A stretch of DNA of 64,000 nucleotides, taken from the NCBI GenBank assembly GCA_049860595.1, contig CP187551.1; one strand, given 5' to 3'. Under the pieces are notes generated by a model. It was given only the letters and a program-made list of their open reading frames with translations. It was not told the origin of the DNA and ran no database searches. The position numbers and the translations under genes were made by a program. The stretch comes from Methanocaldococcus sp. 16A. Its GTDB lineage: Archaea > AGJL01 > Methanococci > Methanococcales > Methanocaldococcaceae. The first letter of the stretch is position 1, and every line of letters starts with the position of its first letter. Shown here piece by piece: positions 40,579 to 50,943 of this stretch.

Positions 40579-42279
40579 ATGGATGTCAAAAGCAATATTA
40601 TCAATGCATTAAAAAAAGTAATTAGTGAAAAGATAGGTAAGGAAATTGACATAAAGCTGGACAAAACACCAAATTTGGAGTTGGGAGATTACTCTGTAAA
40701 TATTTGCTTTAAATTAGCTAAAGAGTTAAGGAAGAACCCAAAAATTATTGCTGAAGAGATTGTAGATAAGTTAAAAGCTATGAACATTGAGGGAGTTAAA
40801 GAGATAAAGGCAGTTAATGGATATATAAACTTCTATATTGACTACAATAAATTTGCTAAAAACTTAGTAGAAGATATTGATGAAAAAGGAAAAGATTATG
40901 GAAGAGGAGACAAAAAAGGAATAAAAATTATCTTAGAACATACTTCAGCAAACCCCAACGGACCTTTACATATTGGACATTTGAGAAATGCCATTATTGG
41001 AGATAGTTTAAAAAGAATATTGGAGTTTTATGGATATAATGTTGAAACCCACTACTATGTAAATGATATGGGCAGACAGATGGCATTGGTTGTTTATGGA
41101 ATCGATTTATTTGGTTTAGATAAAGAGAAAAAGAAAGACCATGCAATTGCTGAAACTTATGTAAAAATTAACAAATATTTGGAGGAACATCCTGAAAAAG
41201 AAGAAGAGATTCTTAAATTAATGAGAGAATATGAAGATGCCTTAGAAAAGAATGAAGAAAATGATGTGATTAAAAAATTTGAATTTGCCGTTAATTATGC
41301 ATTAGATGGGATAAAAGAGACACTAAAGAATTTAAATATTAAACATGACACCTTTGTTTGGGAAAGCTCTTATGTAAAAAATGGAATGGTTAAAGAAGTT
41401 ATAGAAAAATTAATGAAGACAGGAAAAGTAATTAAAGAAGAAACCTATATGCTCGATTTATCTGATTTTGGCATTGAAAAGAAGATGGTTTTAGCAAGAG
41501 CTAATGGAACAAGCTTATATTCAACAAGAGATATTGCTTATCATTTAGATAAATTATCAAAGTGTGATATTGGAATAGATGTTTTAGGTGCAGACCATAA
41601 ACTAACAGCCGAAATGGTTAAATCAGCTTTAAAATTACTTGGAAGTAAAGAACCAGAAGTTATCTTCTATGAATTCATCTCACTCCCAGAAGGTTCAATG
41701 AGTACAAGAAAAGGAAGATTTATTAGTGCTGATGAGTTATTAGAAGAGGCTATAAAAAGAGCTAAGGAAGAGTGTAATAAGAGAGGAGTAGAGGAAGATA
41801 TAGCCTATAATATTGGATTAGGAGCAGTTAGATACAACATAGCAAGAATTTCACCAGAAAAGCCAATGATATTTAAATGGGAAGAAGCTTTAGATTTTGA
41901 AAAAGTAGGATGTCCATTTATACAATATGCCCATGCAAGATGCTGTAGTATCTTAAAAGAGGCAGAAAATAAAGGAATCAAAGCTGAGGCAGTATTTAAC
42001 TATGAATTAACTGATGAAGAGAAAGAGTTAATTAAGATGTTAGATGAATTCAAAGATATAATTAAAGAGAGTGCTGAAAATAGAAAAGTGCATGTATTAG
42101 CTAACTACTTATTAGAACTTGCTAAGGCATTTAATAGATTCTATGCAAATTGCCCAATTTTATTGTCAAAAGTTGATGATAACATTAAAAAATCAAGATT
42201 GGCATTAGTCAAAAGCACTAAAACTGTATTAGAGACAGGTTTAGGATTGTTGGGAATAAATTGTCCAGGAAAAATGTAA
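40579..42279 (+). CDS. argS: arginine--tRNA ligase
   Basis: SANPNGPLHIGH, MSTRKG, YAHAR. Confidence 0.97.
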   Translation: MDVKSNIINALKKVISEKIGKEIDIKLDKTPNLELGDYSVNICFKLAKELRKNPKIIAEEIVDKLKAMNIEGVKEIKAVNGYINFYIDYNKFAKNLVEDIDEKGKDYGRGDKKGIKIILEHTSANPNGPLHIGHLRNAIIGDSLKRILEFYGYNVETHYYVNDMGRQMALVVYGIDLFGLDKEKKKDHAIAETYVKINKYLEEHPEKEEEILKLMREYEDALEKNEENDVIKKFEFAVNYALDGIKETLKNLNIKHDTFVWESSYVKNGMVKEVIEKLMKTGKVIKEETYMLDLSDFGIEKKMVLARANGTSLYSTRDIAYHLDKLSKCDIGIDVLGADHKLTAEMVKSALKLLGSKEPEVIFYEFISLPEGSMSTRKGRFISADELLEEAIKRAKEECNKRGVEEDIAYNIGLGAVRYNIARISPEKPMIFKWEEALDFEKVGCPFIQYAHARCCSILKEAENKGIKAEAVFNYELTDEEKELIKMLDEFKDIIKESAENRKVHVLANYLLELAKAFNRFYANCPILLSKVDDNIKKSRLALVKSTKTVLETGLGLLGINCPGKM

Positions 42280-42351
42280 ATTATTATCAAATTTTTTAAA
42301 TTTTTATAGTATTTTGTTAATATAAATTGGACAATTGGAGGATTGATTAAA

Positions 42352-42945
42352 ATGACTACTAAAAAAGTGCTTGTTATTGATAATATTGATTCCTTTGTTT
42401 GGAATTTAGTCCAATATGTAGGGACTTTAGGCTATAAAGTTAAGTTAGTGGATAATAAAATCACATTAGAAGAAATAAAGAAAATAAATCCCGATAGGAT
42501 AATTATAAGCCCAGGTCCAAAAACTCCAAAAGAAGCAGGAAATTGTATAAAGATTATTCAAGAGGTGGATATTCCAATCTTAGGAGTTTGTTTGGGACAT
42601 CAATGTATTGTTGAGGCATTTGGTGGAGAAGTTGGAAGAGCAAAGAGAGTTATGCATGGAAAGGCAAGTTTAATAGAGCATGACGGTGAGGGAATTTTTA
42701 AAGACATTCCCAACCCATTCTATGGAGGAAGATATCATTCGTTAATAGCTTATGAAGTGTCAAAAGAGTTAAAAATAACTGCTAAGAGCTTAGATGATGG
42801 CTATATTATGGGAGTTAGACACAAAAAGTTGCCAATTGAAGGAGTTCAATTCCATCCAGAAAGTATATTAACAGAATCAAATAAGCTAAAATTTCCAGAT
42901 TTAGGACTAAAACTTATTAAAAACTTTGTTGAAAATGAATATTAA
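42352..42945 (+). CDS. trpG: anthranilate synthase component II (glutamine amidotransferase)
   Basis: IDNIDSF, SPGP, GVCLGHQ, QFHPES. Confidence 0.95.
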   Translation: MTTKKVLVIDNIDSFVWNLVQYVGTLGYKVKLVDNKITLEEIKKINPDRIIISPGPKTPKEAGNCIKIIQEVDIPILGVCLGHQCIVEAFGGEVGRAKRVMHGKASLIEHDGEGIFKDIPNPFYGGRYHSLIAYEVSKELKITAKSLDDGYIMGVRHKKLPIEGVQFHPESILTESNKLKFPDLGLKLIKNFVENEY

Positions 42946-42983
42946 TTTTAATCTTAACATATAAACAAAAGAAAGCATTTTAC

Positions 42984-43478
42984 GTGGAAAATATGGACGT
43001 CTATGAAATACTATATCAATCCTGCTTGGAATATAAAGTATTGTTGGATGGTGAAGAAATTCCGCTATGGAAATTAAAAAAGGATGATTTAGAGAAAGCC
43101 AACTTAGATTTACCGTGGAATTCTATTAGAGATTTAGCCATCTATTTGTATGAACTAAAAAAGAAACAACAAAATTCTAAAGAGCTTATTAAATGTGATA
43201 TAGTAGAGATTTTAGTGGGAATAGCTTTATTAAAGCCAGAAGAAGGAAACAGCTACATGGGACTCGTTACAGAAGATATGTGTCTAACTTATTTAAGCGA
43301 GCTTATAACTGCAAGAATTAATTGCATAGCAAGATACTATTACATGATGAAAAAACCACAAAATACAAATATATTTGATGAAATTATCTTAAAATTTCCA
43401 CAAAAAAAAGATATTAGGGCATCTAACATAAACGATTTAAGGGAGTTAATTTCAAAAATTAGAGATTATTTTAAATAA
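42984..43478 (+). CDS. conserved hypothetical protein
   Basis: 164-aa ORF with typical codon usage; no motif recognised. Confidence 0.75.
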   Translation: MENMDVYEILYQSCLEYKVLLDGEEIPLWKLKKDDLEKANLDLPWNSIRDLAIYLYELKKKQQNSKELIKCDIVEILVGIALLKPEEGNSYMGLVTEDMCLTYLSELITARINCIARYYYMMKKPQNTNIFDEIILKFPQKKDIRASNINDLRELISKIRDYFK

Positions 43479-43531
43479 GACTTTTGCAGTTTATATTATT
43501 AGATAATTATATTAAGCTGTGAAAGTTCTAA
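43475..43531. repeat. palindromic element, family 1, short degenerate copy G
   Basis: ATAAGACTTTTGCAGTTTATAT...CTGTGAAAGTTCTA; overlaps the upstream gene stop codon. Confidence 0.7.
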
Positions 43532-43541
43532 TTCAGAAGAT

Positions 43542-43640
43542 TTAAATGCCCATTAAAAATACAGGAATTACTGATAACATCATAAGCAAAGCTACAAATA
43601 TTGCCAATAATTGCCTTTTACTAATTTTTGAGTTTTTCAT
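43542..43640 (-). CDS. 32-aa single-pass membrane micro-protein, missing from ORF track
   Basis: MKNSKISKRQLLAIFVALLMMLSVIPVFLMGI; ATG 1 nt after the CYTH gene stop, G-rich RBS. Confidence 0.7.
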   Translation of the reverse strand: MKNSKISKRQLLAIFVALLMMLSVIPVFLMGI

Positions 43641-43641
43641 A

Positions 43642-44166
43642 CTACCCCCTTAGCTCTAAGTATGATTTTCTAATGATATTGTCACTACTAATATTTAAAC
43701 TTTTCAGTATGTCCATTAGCTCATTCAAAATGCTATCTTTTTCATTAATATCAGATATTGACTTTTCTAATTCTAAGAATAGACCTAAGCCCTCAACATC
43801 ATCAATACTTGCCTCTATATCTCCCTTTTTGTAAATCTCTCTAATCTTTCTAATTGGTGGAACTTCTTTAAATCCAAGTTTTTTAAATATCTGTCTCATC
43901 TTTTCTTTATCTTCAATCTTTACTTCAATCTCTTCCCTAGTTTTTGATATTTTATCTATTTTTGGGCCTTTATAAGTGACAAAGAAATTACCATCTTCAT
44001 CTCTAATTCTTAAAGCTTCATCAGTTTCTTTAAAATCTCTATCAATTCCGTTGAAATATATGTCCTCTTGAAATTTTTTCTTAATAAATTTAAAGCCAAG
44101 ATTTTTTAACTGCTCTATCACTTTATCTTTATCGTCAATCTTTACCTTAATCTCAACCTCTATCAT
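43642..44166 (-). CDS. cyaB: CYTH family protein (class IV adenylate cyclase / triphosphate tunnel enzyme)
   Basis: EVEIK (ExExK), ALRIR, TYKGPK, REEIE. Confidence 0.9.
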   Translation of the reverse strand: MIEVEIKVKIDDKDKVIEQLKNLGFKFIKKKFQEDIYFNGIDRDFKETDEALRIRDEDGNFFVTYKGPKIDKISKTREEIEVKIEDKEKMRQIFKKLGFKEVPPIRKIREIYKKGDIEASIDDVEGLGLFLELEKSISDINEKDSILNELMDILKSLNISSDNIIRKSYLELRG

Positions 44167-44172
44167 AACTAC

Positions 44173-44610
44173 TCACCAAATAATAGAGATTTTTTTAACA
44201 ACATCCTCTAAGGCATTTTTTATTTCATCCTTATCTACATTTTCCACTATTAAATAAATAACTACATTTTCTCCATCTCTCTCAAGGACTGTTGATGTTA
44301 TATTTCCACCAATCTTAGATATTCTTGAAGTTATATCAGCCAATAATCCAATTCTATCCTTAGCTAGAATCTGTAATTTTAATGCTCCTAATGTGATTTC
44401 TCCCTTTTCTAATAGATATAATCCTTCTTTTGTTAATTTAACTCCACCATTCCTACCTTTTTTTGTCTCTACTAATCCTAAATCTCTTAAAACCCTAATT
44501 TTAACATCTAAGTTTTTTGGATGGATATTTAGTTTTTTGGCTAGTTCTCTAATTGTTATTGGTTCTTTTAGATGTTCCATAATTTTTTTAGTTAAACCTT
44601 CAACTTTCAT
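44173..44610 (-). CDS. winged-helix regulator with C-terminal ACT domain
   Basis: ELAKKL...GLVETKKGRNGG; DRIGLLADIT ACT motif. Confidence 0.88.
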   Translation of the reverse strand: MKVEGLTKKIMEHLKEPITIRELAKKLNIHPKNLDVKIRVLRDLGLVETKKGRNGGVKLTKEGLYLLEKGEITLGALKLQILAKDRIGLLADITSRISKIGGNITSTVLERDGENVVIYLIVENVDKDEIKNALEDVVKKISIIW

Positions 44611-44725
44611 ACTCCCACAGTAATTTATTTAAATTTACAAATTAGTTTTTGTATAAAAATAAAAAGAATAACTAAATTAAAAATAACCTAAAATAAAAAT
44701 AAAAGACATTAATATAATCTCAATA

Positions 44726-44833
44726 TTATGATCTAGCTCTCTTTCTCTCTCTCTTTAACCTTCTTAATCTTTTCTTATACCATTTCCATCTCATTCTTCC
44801 TTTCTTTTTCCATCTTCTTGAACTCCTCTTTAT
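44726..44833 (-). CDS. rpl41e: ribosomal protein eL41/eS32 (archaeal long form), probable ATA start
   Basis: (I/M)[34 protein letters not shown]; GAGGGTGA RBS 4 nt before ATA; internal ATG at 44794 gives a 22-aa form. Confidence 0.88.
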   Translation of the reverse strand: MKRSSRRWKKKGRMRWKWYKKRLRRLKRERKRARS

Positions 44834-44917
44834 AGTATCACCCTCTTGTAATGTTCTCTTTAATGTTTTTCATCTAATAATATAAGAACCCTTACTTAAA
44901 CTTTTTGGTTTTAACCT

Positions 44918-45166
44918 TTATTTTAACCAGCTACCTTTTTCTACAACAACATAGCCTTCTTTATTTACCTTAGGGGCAATTTTTAGAAATTTCTCTCTGA
45001 ATTCTGGATTACTTTCAATTGCTTCATCATCTCTAAGAACATTCCTGCTGTCAATAATATAGTAGCTCTCTTCCATCTCTAAGTCAAACTTCTCTAAGAC
45101 CTCGCTAAATTTGTTGATAATTTCTTCAGCCTCTTTTTTTATTTTTTCAATGGTTTTTTCATCCAT
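44918..45166 (-). CDS. gatC: Asp/Glu-tRNA amidotransferase subunit C-like protein
   Basis: NVLRDD, FLKIAPK..GYVVVEK; size. Confidence 0.8.
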   Translation of the reverse strand: MDEKTIEKIKKEAEEIINKFSEVLEKFDLEMEESYYIIDSRNVLRDDEAIESNPEFREKFLKIAPKVNKEGYVVVEKGSWLK

Positions 45167-45178
45167 TAAACTCACCGT

Positions 45179-46048
45179 TTAGATTAAACCGAGTTCTTTC
45201 AAAACATTTTCTAATATTTTTTTATGCTCTTCACTCATCTCACATAGAGGTAATCTCAACTCACCAGCAGGTCTACCCATCATATTTAAAGCTGTTTTTA
45301 CAGGGATTGGATTAGTTTCAATAAACATTGCCTTCATCAATGGGAATAACTTATAGTGAATTTCTCTCGCTTTTTCAAAATCTCCATTTAATGCAGAATT
45401 AACCATTTCAACAAAATCCTTTGGAACTATATTAGCTACAACACTAATAACTCCTTTTCCTCCCAAGGCGATTATTGGTAGAGTTAGCTCGTCATTTCCT
45501 GAAAGAACAGTTATCTTAGCATCATGTATTAACTCAGAAACTTGAGATAAATTAGGATTTGCTTCTTTAACTGCTGAAATATTACTGTATTCTTCTGCTA
45601 AAAGCTTTACAGTCTTTGGTTCTAAATTAACAGATGTTCTTGAAGGGACATTGTATAAGATAATTGGAATATTTATTGATTCAGCAATCTTTCCAAAATG
45701 TCTTCTTAAACCTTCCTGTGTAGGTTTGTTGTAATAGGGAGTTATTGACAAAACTGCGTCTGCTCCAACATCCTCAGCAAAAATAGATAGCTCTACAGCT
45801 TCCTCTGTGCAGTTTGAACCTGCCCCTGCAATAACTTGAACTCTTCCATCAACAATCTCTACAGCCTTTTCAATAACTTTTTTATGCTCTTCATGTGATA
45901 AAGTAGGACTTTCTCCAGTAGTTCCAACAGCTACAATTCCACTAACACCATTTTCAATTAAAAAGTTTATATTCTCCTCTAATCCTTCATAATCTATTTC
46001 ATTATTTTTAAAAGGAGTAATGATGGCGGGATAGACCCCCTTAAACAT
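45179..46048 (-). CDS. dapA: 4-hydroxy-tetrahydrodipicolinate synthase
   Basis: GTTGES, PYYNKP, YNVPSRT, NPIPVK. Confidence 0.97.
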   Translation of the reverse strand: MFKGVYPAIITPFKNNEIDYEGLEENINFLIENGVSGIVAVGTTGESPTLSHEEHKKVIEKAVEIVDGRVQVIAGAGSNCTEEAVELSIFAEDVGADAVLSITPYYNKPTQEGLRRHFGKIAESINIPIILYNVPSRTSVNLEPKTVKLLAEEYSNISAVKEANPNLSQVSELIHDAKITVLSGNDELTLPIIALGGKGVISVVANIVPKDFVEMVNSALNGDFEKAREIHYKLFPLMKAMFIETNPIPVKTALNMMGRPAGELRLPLCEMSEEHKKILENVLKELGLI

Positions 46049-46058
46049 AGCTTCACCT

Positions 46059-46250
46059 TTATTGGAGCTGTCTCATTTTGTGAGTAATATATCCAGCAAT
46101 TCTATTTCTCAATCTTTTTGTTGAGATTTGAGCTACTTGTTCTAAAACTCTTTTGTTTGTTTCAAAGTCTGTTGTAAATAAATCTCTGTATTTCTTAATT
46201 AATTCCATAGCAGTTCTCTTGATTAATGCTTGTCTAATCCTTCCCATCAT
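46059..46250 (-). CDS. rps17e: 30S ribosomal protein S17e
   Basis: MGRIR..IKR, DFETNK, LRNRIAGYIT. Confidence 0.96.
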   Translation of the reverse strand: MMGRIRQALIKRTAMELIKKYRDLFTTDFETNKRVLEQVAQISTKRLRNRIAGYITHKMRQLQ

Positions 46251-46280
46251 CTCACCTGCCAAAATTTTTATTTTTTTAAT

Positions 46281-46577
46281 TTATTTGTTTTTATTTTGTG
46301 TTTCTTCAAGATATTTTCTTTGAAGGGTTTTGTTATGCTCTATTAATATTTGAAATATTTTAATACCAATATTTTCATCAACGTTATGTTCTTTACAAAG
46401 TTTTCTTATCCTATCGTATATATATTTTTCTCTATCTGGGTCGTTAATAGGAATGCCAAGCTGGTTTTTAATCTCAGCCACATCCTTAGCTAAGCTATTT
46501 CTTTCAGCAATTAACTTTAATATCTTATTATCAATCTCATCAATTTTCTTCCTAATTTCAGCAAGCTTCTCTATCAT
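46281..46577 (-). CDS. aroQ: chorismate mutase (AroQ)
   Basis: LAEIRKKIDEID..LIAER...K..DPDRE. Confidence 0.94.
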   Translation of the reverse strand: MIEKLAEIRKKIDEIDNKILKLIAERNSLAKDVAEIKNQLGIPINDPDREKYIYDRIRKLCKEHNVDENIGIKIFQILIEHNKTLQRKYLEETQNKNK

Positions 46578-46636
46578 TGTAATCACAGAATGCTTATTAT
46601 AACTGAACTAAAATATATATAAAGTTTGTTATTTAT

Positions 46637-46713
46637 ATGGGACTTTCTCAGTTTATATTATTCAATACTGCAGTAGGATGTCAATAGAATATTTATTCCT
46701 GCGAAAGTCCTAT
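46637..46713. repeat. palindromic intergenic element, family 1, copy H
   Basis: ATGGGACTTTCTCAGTTTATAT...ATTTATTCCTGCGAAAGTCCTAT. Confidence 0.88.
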
Positions 46714-46799
46714 ATATTTGTATCAACAGAAAGTGTCAAAACAAATGATAGGCAATACCTAAAAATATAAAAGAAATATAAAAATGTTTTTATATCTTT

Positions 46800-46848
46800 A
46801 TAGGACAAATACTATTTTTACTTTTATTAGTATATGTGAAAGTCCTAT
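46800..46848. repeat. palindromic element, family 1, internally deleted copy I
   Basis: ATAGGAC...TGTGAAAGTCCTAT. Confidence 0.65.
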
Positions 46849-46870
46849 AGTATTTAGAACTGGTGATATT

Positions 46871-47614
46871 ATGTTCAGAGGAGTTATGGAGAGTGCAAAA
46901 GAGTTTAAAAAAGTTGTTGATACAGTATCAACACTTTTAGATGAAATTTGCTTTGAGGTTGATGAAGAGGGAATAAAAGCTGCTGCAATGGACCCTAGTC
47001 ATGTTGCTTTAGTTAGCTTAGAAATTCCAAAATTGGCGTTTGAAGAATATGAAGCAGACACTCATGAGATTGGAATTGATTTAGAAGCTTTCAAAAAAGT
47101 TATGAATAGGGCAAAATCAAAAGATAAATTAATATTAGAGTTAGATGAAGAAAAGAATAAATTAAATGTTATCTTTGAAAATACTGGAAAGAGGAAGTTT
47201 AGCTTAGCTTTGTTAGATTTATCTGCTTCATCAGTTAAAGTTCCTGATATTGAGTATCCAAACGTAATAATGATTAAGGGAGATGCTTTCAAAGAAGCTT
47301 TAAAAGATGCTGATTTATTTAGTGATTATGTAATTTTAAAGGCTGATGAAGATAAGTTTGTAGTTCATGCTAAAGGAGATTTAAACGAAAATGAAGCAAT
47401 ATTTGAAAAAGACAGTTCTGCAATTATTAGCTTAGAAGTTACAGAAGAAGCAAAAAGTGCATTTAACTTAGATTATCTAATGGACATGGTTAAGGGAGTT
47501 AGTTCAGGAGATATTATCAAAATCTACTTAGGTAATGACATGCCTGTAAAGATAGAGTATTCATTAGCTGGAGTTAATTTAACTTTCCTCTTAGCTCCAA
47601 GGATTGAAGGCTAA
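46871..47614 (+). CDS. pcn: DNA polymerase sliding clamp PCNA
   Basis: [15 protein letters not shown]; ATG after GGTGA. Confidence 0.97.
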   Translation: MFRGVMESAKEFKKVVDTVSTLLDEICFEVDEEGIKAAAMDPSHVALVSLEIPKLAFEEYEADTHEIGIDLEAFKKVMNRAKSKDKLILELDEEKNKLNVIFENTGKRKFSLALLDLSASSVKVPDIEYPNVIMIKGDAFKEALKDADLFSDYVILKADEDKFVVHAKGDLNENEAIFEKDSSAIISLEVTEEAKSAFNLDYLMDMVKGVSSGDIIKIYLGNDMPVKIEYSLAGVNLTFLLAPRIEG

Positions 47615-47623
47615 CGTGGGATT

Positions 47624-48145
47624 ATGCACGAACTATATGAAACATTAAAAAATTATTTTTTTGAAGAGATAAAGGCTGATAAATTATTAAAATTGCCCGA
47701 TAATTTTTATGATGAAGATAGAGAATATATAAAAAATATTAAAGATGAAATTGAGCTTGAGAGAGCTAAATATTATTTTAAAGAACTTAGAAAGTTAAGG
47801 ATATATAAAGCTCTGTATTTAGACAATGAGAGAGAAAACTTACTTCCAGAAGAGCTAAATATTATATACGCTATTGAAAATGTTGTCGTAGAATTGAAAA
47901 TTGAGGAAAATGTTGAATCTAATGAAGCAGATGAGATTGAGATACCAAAACCTATATATACAATAAATGATATTGATGTTGTAAAGGTTGATAAAAACTT
48001 TCCACCATTCACAGACGGCACTTTTATATATAACCTAAACAAAAATGATGTCCTCACCTTAGATAAAAAAATATCAGATATTTTAAAAAAACACAGAATT
48101 GTTTCAAGAATAGGTGAAAGTTATGAAAATGCCGAAAAAAGTTAG
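47624..48145 (+). CDS. GINS family replication protein
   Basis: LPDNFY...RIYKA...LLPEE A-domain and C-terminal B-domain; PCNA-GINS-L44e-S27e context. Confidence 0.8.
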   Translation: MHELYETLKNYFFEEIKADKLLKLPDNFYDEDREYIKNIKDEIELERAKYYFKELRKLRIYKALYLDNERENLLPEELNIIYAIENVVVELKIEENVESNEADEIEIPKPIYTINDIDVVKVDKNFPPFTDGTFIYNLNKNDVLTLDKKISDILKKHRIVSRIGESYENAEKS

Positions 48146-48407
48146 AAGATACTGTCCATACTGTAAAAAACACACAATACACACTGTAGAGAAGGCAAAA
48201 AAAGGAAAACCTAGTGAATTAACTTGGGGTCAAAGGCAGTTCAGAAGAGTAACAGCTGGTTATGGAGGTTTCCCAAGACCTTTACCAGACAGGTCAAAAC
48301 CTGTTAAAAAGATAGACTTAAGATTTAAATGCACCGTCTGTGGAAAAATGCACACAAAAGCAAATGGATGCTTTAGGTCAGGTAGATTTGAATTCGTTGA
48401 GAAATAA
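48123..48407 (+). CDS. rpl44e: 50S ribosomal protein L44e (eL42)
   Basis: [23 protein letters not shown]. Confidence 0.96.
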   Translation: MKMPKKVRRYCPYCKKHTIHTVEKAKKGKPSELTWGQRQFRRVTAGYGGFPRPLPDRSKPVKKIDLRFKCTVCGKMHTKANGCFRSGRFEFVEK

Positions 48408-48464
48408 ACTTTAAAAACTTTAAACTCTTTTTAAACACTTTAAATAAAATTGTAGAGAGGGGAG

Positions 48465-48653
48465 ATGATGGAGTTAATCCCACAACCAAGAACAAAATTC
48501 TTAAGAGTCCAGTGTCCAGAATGTAACAACGAGCAAGTAGTCTTTGGAAGCCCAGCTACTGTTGTTAAATGTTTAACATGTGGGAAAGTTTTGGTTGAGC
48601 CAAGAGGTGGAAAAGGAAAAGTTAAAGCTAAAATTTTAGAAATCTTAGGTTAA
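48465..48653 (+). CDS. rps27e: 30S ribosomal protein S27e
   Basis: [25 protein letters not shown]. Confidence 0.96.
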   Translation: MMELIPQPRTKFLRVQCPECNNEQVVFGSPATVVKCLTCGKVLVEPRGGKGKVKAKILEILG

Positions 48654-48852
48654 AAATATTATCTGATTTTTTTAATTAATTATTTGAAAACCTTATTTAT
48701 TATTTTAAACAATTTTTATCTAATTTCTAAGAAAGAAAATAGATAAATTTATTTTTATTTTAATCTATATATTTAAATATATAAATTAAATTTTATAAAA
48801 AACATTTAATAGTAAAAATACAGAAATTAAAATTAGATAAAAAGGTGGTAAT

Positions 48853-50139
48853 ATGAAAATTATTTTTAGAGGGGCAGCATTGGAAGTTGGAAGAAGCTGT
48901 ATAGAAATAAAAACTGATAAAAGTAAAATATTATTGGATTGTGGAGTTAAGCTTGGAAAAGAAATTGAATATCCAATATTGGATGAATCAATAAAGGATG
49001 TTGATAAAGTTTTTATTTCACATGCCCACTTAGACCACTCAGGAGCTTTACCAATATTATTTCATAGAAGAATAGATGTTCCGGTGATTACAACTGAGCT
49101 ATCAAAAAAATTAATTAAGGTTTTACTAAAAGATATGGTAAAAATTGCTGAAACAGAAAATAGAGAGATTCCTTACAACAACCATGATGTAAAAGAGGCA
49201 ATGCGACATACAATTCCATTAAATTACAAAGATAAAAAATACTACAAAGATTTTTCCTATGAGCTCTTTAGTGCTGGGCATATTCCAGGGAGTGCATCAA
49301 TTTTATTAGAATATAATAATAACAAAACTATCTTATATACTGGAGATGTAAAGCTGAGGGATACAAGATTAACAAAAGGAGCTGATTTAAGCTATATAAA
49401 AGATGATATTGATGTTTTAATAATTGAATCAACCTATGGAAACAGCATACATCCAGATAGAAAAGCTGTAGAGCAAAGTTTTATAGAAAAGATAAAAGAG
49501 GTTTTATTTAGGGGAGGGGTTGCTTTAATACCAGTATTTGCTGTAGATAGAGCTCAAGAAATATTATTAATATTAAATGATTATGGCATAGATGCCCCAA
49601 TCTACTTAGATGGAATGGCTGTTGAAGTTACAAAGTTAATGTTAATGTATAAAAATATGTTAAATGAATCTCATCAATTAGAAAAAGCTCTAAAAAATGT
49701 CAAAATGATTGAAAAATCAGAAGATAGAATTAAAGCAGTTGAGAATTTATCAAAAAATGGAGGAATTGTTGTAACAACTGCAGGAATGTTAGATGGAGGG
49801 CCTATACTATATTATTTAAAATTATTCATGCACAATCCAAAAAACGCTTTATTATTAACTGGATATCAAGTTAGAGATTCTAATGGAAGGCATTTGATTG
49901 AAACTGGAAAATTATTTATTGGAAAAGATGAAGTTAAGCCTAACTTAGAGGTTTGCATGTATAACTTCTCATGCCATGCTGGAATGGATGAGTTACATGA
50001 GATAATCAAAAAAGTTAATCCTGAGTTATTAATTATACAGCATGGAGAGGTTGTGCAATCAACAACATTAAGGAATTGGGCTTTAGAACATGGTTTTGAT
50101 GCAATAATTCCAAAGTTAGAAGAAAAAATAAGAATTTGA
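48853..50139 (+). CDS. beta-CASP metallo-beta-lactamase ribonuclease
   Basis: EVGRSC, SHAHLDH, AGHIPG, YTGD, ESTYG, FSCHA. Confidence 0.92.
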   Translation: MKIIFRGAALEVGRSCIEIKTDKSKILLDCGVKLGKEIEYPILDESIKDVDKVFISHAHLDHSGALPILFHRRIDVPVITTELSKKLIKVLLKDMVKIAETENREIPYNNHDVKEAMRHTIPLNYKDKKYYKDFSYELFSAGHIPGSASILLEYNNNKTILYTGDVKLRDTRLTKGADLSYIKDDIDVLIIESTYGNSIHPDRKAVEQSFIEKIKEVLFRGGVALIPVFAVDRAQEILLILNDYGIDAPIYLDGMAVEVTKLMLMYKNMLNESHQLEKALKNVKMIEKSEDRIKAVENLSKNGGIVVTTAGMLDGGPILYYLKLFMHNPKNALLLTGYQVRDSNGRHLIETGKLFIGKDEVKPNLEVCMYNFSCHAGMDELHEIIKKVNPELLIIQHGEVVQSTTLRNWALEHGFDAIIPKLEEKIRI

Positions 50140-50148
50140 GGAAGAAAT

Positions 50149-50934
50149 ATGTTAGGATTAAAGATTGAAGATGCCATAAAATACAATGAGAATTTAAAAA
50201 AATATGTGTATAAAAAAGGAGATAAACTTAGAATTGACTTTAAAGATAAAGAGGCATTAATGGAATATAACAAAACAGTTTTAAAAGTTTTGTTTGATTT
50301 AGACATTGAGTTTCATAAAAATGGGCTAATCCCTACACCAATAAACAGATATCTTTTTATAAAATCAACTTTTGAAACATTAAAAAAAATAGGTATAGAA
50401 AAACCCAAGGTTTTAGAGATTGGTACTGGGCATTCTGCCATAATTTCTCTATTAATAAAAAAATTTTATGATGCCGAGGTTTATGCTACTGAGGTTGATG
50501 AAGAATTTATAAATTTTGCTAAAAGAAACATAGAGAAAAATAAATTGGATATAAAGATTATAAATTCTAAAGGGAAAGTTATTGAAGGCATTAAAGAAAT
50601 CGAAGGAATAAAATTTGATTTAATTATCTCTTATCCTCCTTTCTATTCAAAAAATTCTGTTGCAAGTGGGAGAAAGTTTGGAGGGGCTTTAGCTAAAAAT
50701 GTAGAGCTTATAGGAGGAGGGAAATTTGGGGAAGAATTTTCATTTAAAATAATTGAAGAAGGGATTAATTTTTTAAATAAAAAAGGAGTTATTGCCTTAA
50801 TGATGCCAAAAAAACCAGAAGATAGGAGAAAGTTAATCATTGAAAAAATGAGAGATGTTGATTTAAATGTTGAGGTTGACGAAATTAAAACTGGAAATAG
50901 AATTAGGTATATAATTAAAGGATTAAGATGTTAA
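50149..50934 (+). CDS. RlmF-related SAM-dependent methyltransferase
   Basis: LIPTP..RY, LEIGTG, SYPPFY. Confidence 0.82.
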   Translation: MLGLKIEDAIKYNENLKKYVYKKGDKLRIDFKDKEALMEYNKTVLKVLFDLDIEFHKNGLIPTPINRYLFIKSTFETLKKIGIEKPKVLEIGTGHSAIISLLIKKFYDAEVYATEVDEEFINFAKRNIEKNKLDIKIINSKGKVIEGIKEIEGIKFDLIISYPPFYSKNSVASGRKFGGALAKNVELIGGGKFGEEFSFKIIEEGINFLNKKGVIALMMPKKPEDRRKLIIEKMRDVDLNVEVDEIKTGNRIRYIIKGLRC

Positions 50935-50943
50935 GGTGGAATA

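Noticed and set aside
3941-46848. Repeats as a CRISPR array
   Set aside because: Copies are dispersed single inverted-repeat elements, not tandem direct repeats with spacers, and no cas genes are present
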